Shown here: positions 60,310-64,000 of the stretch, in pieces
Numbering within the stretch: position 1 is the first letter of the stretch
How the letters are laid out: every line of letters begins with the position of its first letter
NCBI GenBank assembly: GCA_040758355.1
Contig: JBFLWF010000001.1
Coordinates: forward strand, 96,001 to 160,000
Direction: 5' to 3'
Origin: Nitrospirota bacterium
Lineage (GTDB): Bacteria; Nitrospirota; Thermodesulfovibrionia; Thermodesulfovibrionales; Dissulfurispiraceae
DNA length: 64,000 nt
Program-made: the position numbers and the translations under genes
Notes under the pieces: model-generated
Databases searched by the model: none
Seen by the model: the letters and a program-made list of their open reading frames with translations, nothing else
Told to the model about the DNA's origin: nothing

Positions 60310-61662
60310 TTACCCGAATATCTTCCCCGGATTCATTATTCCCCTCGGATCAAATATCCCTTTGATGCCTTTCATTAATTCAAGCTCTTTTTCTTTTATC
60401 TCCATGCCGATGTAGGGCGCTTTTGTAATGCCTATTCCATGCTCTCCTGAAATCGAGCCGCCGAGCTTAAGTGTTATCTCGAAAATCCTCTTTACGATCT
60501 CCACGCCCTTTGCATATTCCTCTTTGTTGTCCCTATCCACCATTACATTCACATGGATGTTGCCGTCGCCTGCGTGGCCGAAGCTTATGATTTTTATTCC
60601 GCTTTCTTCTGAAATCCTCTGCAGATCGGTGAGGATTAATGGGATCTTATCCCTTGGCACGACAATGTCTTCATTTATCTTTGTTGGCTTGATGCGATAA
60701 AGGGCAGGGGATATCGACCTCCTTGCCTCCCAGAGCCTTTCCCTTGCCATGTCATCTTCGGCAACTGTAGCCTCTCCACCGAGGGAATGGCATATATCAA
60801 CTATCCGTTCTGCCTCTTTTTTAATTGTTGCAGGGTATCCATCGAGTTCTATAAGAAGCAGTGCATCAACATCTGTAGGAAGCCCTGTTGGTTTGTAGTT
60901 TTCTATAGCCTCTATGGCAAGCCTGTCCATGAATTCCACTGTCCTCGGTATTATCTTTGACGAGATGATTTTTGAGACTGCTGTTCCTGATGCCTCAAGA
61001 TTCTTGAAAAGAACAAGGAGCGTCATTATGTCTTCAGGAAGGGGCAGCATCTTCAGGCGTATCCTCGTGGAAATGGCGAGGGTTCCTTCAGAGCCTATAA
61101 GAAGATTTTTTAAATCATAACCCACAGCCTTTTTATATGTCCTGCCGCCTGTATTTATAACACTTCCGTCAGAAAGGACTGCCTCGATTCCCATCACATA
61201 ATCCCGTGTAACGCCGTATTTTAAAGCCCTCGGGCCTCCTGCATTTGTCGCCACATTCCCTCCGATGGTGCATATATTGAGGCTTGCAGGATCCGGTGGA
61301 TAAAAATAGCCGAGGTATTCCAGCTCTTTCTGTAGTCTTCCGTTTACTATGCCGGGCTCGACAACTACGGTCATGTTTTTGGTGTCAACATCGAGTATCT
61401 TCCGCATTTTTTCAAAGCTTAGTACGATGCAATTCTCTGATGGTATTGATGCGCCTGCCATGCCTGTGCCTGCGCCGCGAGGTATAATGGAAAGGTTATT
61501 TTCATTTGCATATTTGACAAGCCTTATTACTTCATCGGTATTTTTCGGCCATGCAACAGCCTGTGGAAGTGCCGATTCTGCGATGGACGCATCAAAGCTG
61601 TAGCATATAAGGTCTTCTTTATCGGTGGAGATTTGAATGCCGGAAAGCGGAGAATTTTTCAT
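60310..61662 (-). CDS. FAD-linked oxidase (GlcD / D-lactate dehydrogenase family)
   Basis: PRGAGT, PPDPAS, GSEGTL, GHAGDGNIH, SGEHGIG, MNPGK. Confidence 0.9.
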   Translation of the reverse strand: MKNSPLSGIQISTDKEDLICYSFDASIAESALPQAVAWPKNTDEVIRLVKYANENNLSIIPRGAGTGMAGASIPSENCIVLSFEKMRKILDVDTKNMTVVVEPGIVNGRLQKELEYLGYFYPPDPASLNICTIGGNVATNAGGPRALKYGVTRDYVMGIEAVLSDGSVINTGGRTYKKAVGYDLKNLLIGSEGTLAISTRIRLKMLPLPEDIMTLLVLFKNLEASGTAVSKIISSKIIPRTVEFMDRLAIEAIENYKPTGLPTDVDALLLIELDGYPATIKKEAERIVDICHSLGGEATVAEDDMARERLWEARRSISPALYRIKPTKINEDIVVPRDKIPLILTDLQRISEESGIKIISFGHAGDGNIHVNVMVDRDNKEEYAKGVEIVKRIFEITLKLGGSISGEHGIGITKAPYIGMEIKEKELELMKGIKGIFDPRGIMNPGKIFG

Positions 61663-61717
61663 ATGGAATTATACTACATTGTTCGGCTGCTCTGTAAATT
61701 TTAAGACAGGATGAAAA

Positions 61718-61799
61718 ATAATTCCCAAATCAGTGATAAGCGGGATTTGCTTTATGGCGCGAGCAAAATCGTATGCTTATCGCTGAATTGTGGAATTAT
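61718..61799. repeat. 82-bp hairpin sharing terminal motifs with family-2 repeats
   Basis: ATAATTCCCAAATCAGTGATAAGC ... GCTTATCGCTGAATTGTGGAATTAT. Confidence 0.65.
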
Positions 61800-61818
61800 A
61801 AAGATTGATCTAAAACCC

Positions 61819-62013
61819 TTAGTGTGGTTGTCTGAATCTTAGAGCCTTTATCCTTTTTTTTCTTGCCTCTCTTTGTTTCCGTTTCTCTTTTTCGGAAGGT
61901 TTTTCATAGAAACTTCTCTTTTTAATTTCCTTGAAAAGTCCTTCTTTCTGGAGCTGGCGTTTTAGTGCCTTGAGCGCTTTTTCTATATCATTGCCATAGA
62001 CTTTTATATCCAA
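61819..62013 (-). CDS. rpsU: 30S ribosomal protein S21
   Basis: IEKALK.LKR, FYEKPSEK.KRK. Confidence 0.93.
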   Translation of the reverse strand: MDIKVYGNDIEKALKALKRQLQKEGLFKEIKKRSFYEKPSEKEKRKQREARKKRIKALRFRQPH

Positions 62014-62019
62014 AATAGT

Positions 62020-62349
62020 TTATCTCCGTCCTCTTCCAGGCCCCCTGCCTCCGCCAAAACCGCCTCTCCTTTTTTCAAAACCACCGCGCCTTTCTCTGGG
62101 CTGCTGCGGCTTTGCTTCAGCAACAGAAAGCGTCCTTTCCATAAATACCGAACCGTTAAGGGCTGCTATTGCCTTCTGGGCATCTTCCTCCGATGCCATT
62201 TCAACAAAGCCAAATCCTTTAGGCCGGCCTGTATGCGGATCGGTTATTATATTGACCGATTCCACTTCCCCTTGTTTTGAGAAGAGTTCCCTGATGTCAT
62301 CCGTTGTTGCCTTAAACGAGATGTTGCCTACATAGATCTTTTTGCTCAT
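62020..62349 (-). CDS. RRM RNA-binding protein with a Gly/Arg-rich tail
   Basis: RNP2 IYVGNI, RNP1 KGFGFVEM. Confidence 0.95.
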   Translation of the reverse strand: MSKKIYVGNISFKATTDDIRELFSKQGEVESVNIITDPHTGRPKGFGFVEMASEEDAQKAIAALNGSVFMERTLSVAEAKPQQPRERRGGFEKRRGGFGGGRGPGRGRR

Positions 62350-62436
62350 AGTCTTTCCCCTTTTCTTTGATGAAATAGAAAATCCCCGGAGCTTTTAAAG
62401 TCTCCGGGGATCCCTAACTTTAAAAAAGCTACCTAT

Positions 62437-62465
62437 AGTATAGGATAAAATTATTTTTTTGTAAA
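62437..62465 (-). promoter_or_regulatory. sigma70-like promoter for RRM-rpsU
   Basis: TTTACA-17bp-TATACT on the minus strand. Confidence 0.6.
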
Positions 62466-62505
62466 ATGTTTATTTATAGCAAGTGTGTTTTAGATGGTAT
62501 AAGAA

Positions 62506-64000
62506 TCAATTCAGATTTGCTGCTTCGGTGAATTGTAGCGAGATTGCCTTTGACACACCCGGCTCTTCCATTGTAATGCCGTAGAGATAATCCGCAACCT
62601 CCATAGTTGTCCTGTTATGAGTAATAACGATAAACTGCGTCTCTTTGGAAAGCTCCTTTATCATCTGAGCGAATCGAACAGTGTTGGATTCGTCCAGCGG
62701 TGCGTCTGCCTCGTCGAGGACGCAGAGGGGGCTCGGCTTTATCAAGAATCCTGCAAACAAAAGGGCTAGGGAGGTCAATGCCTTTTCCCCGCCTGAAAGC
62801 AGATTGATGTTCTGGAGCTTCTTGCCCGGTGGTTGGGCTATTATGTCCAGGCCTGATTCGAGAATATTCTCTTCATCTGTAAGAATGATGTCCGCTCTTC
62901 CTCCTCCGAAAAGGGTAGTGAAGACCTCAGTGAATTTCGTCCTTAATGAATCATAAGCCTCTCGGAGTTTTCGTCTCGTTGTTGTGTTTATCCTGCTTAT
63001 TGCCTCTTCCAGTTCGGCAATGGACATGGTCAGGTCCTGCTGCTGTTTTGTCAGGAAGTCGTAGCGGTTTTTGAGTTCTTCGTATTCTTCGATAGTGCCT
63101 AAGTTTACAGGCCCGAGTTCCCGTATTTTGGTGTTGAGCTCATCGATTTTATTTTCATCTTCTGCTGCATCAAACCCTTCTATCTCTATCACCTCGGTCT
63201 TTATATCGAGCCCGTATTTCTGGTTTATGGATGTTTCGATATTCTCTATCCTGAGCCTGTTTTCCACTGCCTTTGAATTAAGGTCGGAAAGCTGCTGGGA
63301 TATCTCGTCTATCTGCGCCCTGATATTTCTGAGGATATTGCCCTTTGAGACTATTTCTTGATTTTCCGAGCTAATCGTATCCCTTAACTTTGTCCGCTCG
63401 ACCTGCATGTTGTCGACATCCATGACTATTGATTTTATTTCCTCTTCGAGTTTCTGGAGTTCTGCGGTCGATTCTTTTATTCTTTCATCTGCATCCTGAA
63501 TTTCCTTTATTGCCTGTTCCTTTTTATTTTCAAACTCTCCGATGGCATCACTGATTGCATCCCTTTCCCTTCTGAGTGCATCTATTTTTTCCCTGTATGA
63601 GGTCATAGAGAGCTTTAATTCGGTGAGGTGAGACCGGGCATCTTCGTAATCTCCTTTTATAGTCGAAAGTGATTCCTGCAGTGCTGCTATGCTGTTGTTG
63701 ACTTCGTTAAGCTCGCCTTCGAGCCCGCCGATTTCCTCTGTTTTGGACTGCAGAATACCATCCAGAGAGCCCATTTCCTGAGAGATAGTCGTTATTTCAG
63801 TATTCAGGAAGGAGAGCCTCCTTGTCTTCCTATCCATTTCCTCCTGATGACTTTTCAGGGAGTGTTCTATAAGTGATAGCTGTTTTTCTGTCTCGTTGAT
63901 CGAATCCTCGGTATTCTTTAGAGATTCTTTTTTGTTTGTTAGATCATTGCTGTGAGAGTCGAGCATTGCCTCCATGTTTTTTATTCTAAGCTGCTGCTCA
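62506..64000 (-). CDS. smc: Chromosome segregation protein SMC (5' end outside the window)
   Basis: Long coiled coil, LGPVN, PPGKK, LSGGEKAL, LDEADAPLD, ITHN. Confidence 0.96.
   Translation of the reverse strand, partial: EQQLRIKNMEAMLDSHSNDLTNKKESLKNTEDSINETEKQLSLIEHSLKSHQEEMDRKTRRLSFLNTEITTISQEMGSLDGILQSKTEEIGGLEGELNEVNNSIAALQESLSTIKGDYEDARSHLTELKLSMTSYREKIDALRRERDAISDAIGEFENKKEQAIKEIQDADERIKESTAELQKLEEEIKSIVMDVDNMQVERTKLRDTISSENQEIVSKGNILRNIRAQIDEISQQLSDLNSKAVENRLRIENIETSINQKYGLDIKTEVIEIEGFDAAEDENKIDELNTKIRELGPVNLGTIEEYEELKNRYDFLTKQQQDLTMSIAELEEAISRINTTTRRKLREAYDSLRTKFTEVFTTLFGGGRADIILTDEENILESGLDIIAQPPGKKLQNINLLSGGEKALTSLALLFAGFLIKPSPLCVLDEADAPLDESNTVRFAQMIKELSKETQFIVITHNRTTMEVADYLYGITMEEPGVSKAISLQFTEAANLN

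Overview
A 64-kb piece of a bacterial chromosome. Gene content and protein style suggest an anaerobic Nitrospirota/Thermodesulfovibrionia-like organism (inference, not searched). Most of it is housekeeping: tatD-rSAM, apgM, tRNA-Lys, nusB, ribH, mreBCD-mrdA-rodA, ftsY, accA, dnaE, uvrB, purF, hisD, gyrA, rpsU and partial smc. There is no CRISPR array, transposase, integrase or prophage. Three things stand out. (1) An acetate module: acs, an ActP-like symporter with its small partner, a DEDDh exonuclease and a cNMP-CBS-DUF294 nucleotidyltransferase. It sits behind a clear sigma54 promoter with IHF and enhancer-like sites, and an SLC5-STAC histidine kinase/NtrC-type pair lies 8 kb upstream. (2) Between those two parts lie a formate dehydrogenase with AsrA/AsrB-type partners and a GntR-controlled cassette: two flavin split-barrel proteins, a ferredoxin/beta-carbonic-anhydrase fusion and an MBL hydrolase, with visible operator sites. 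(3) A dense non-coding repeat layer: four ~205-bp covarying hairpin elements (three punctuate one operon gene by gene), two ~225-bp multi-stem elements plus a short relative, REP-like hairpins, and many 6/7/8-mer tandem arrays that are either mirrored or inserted in frame into proteins. All calls are from motif recognition by eye; no database searches were run.
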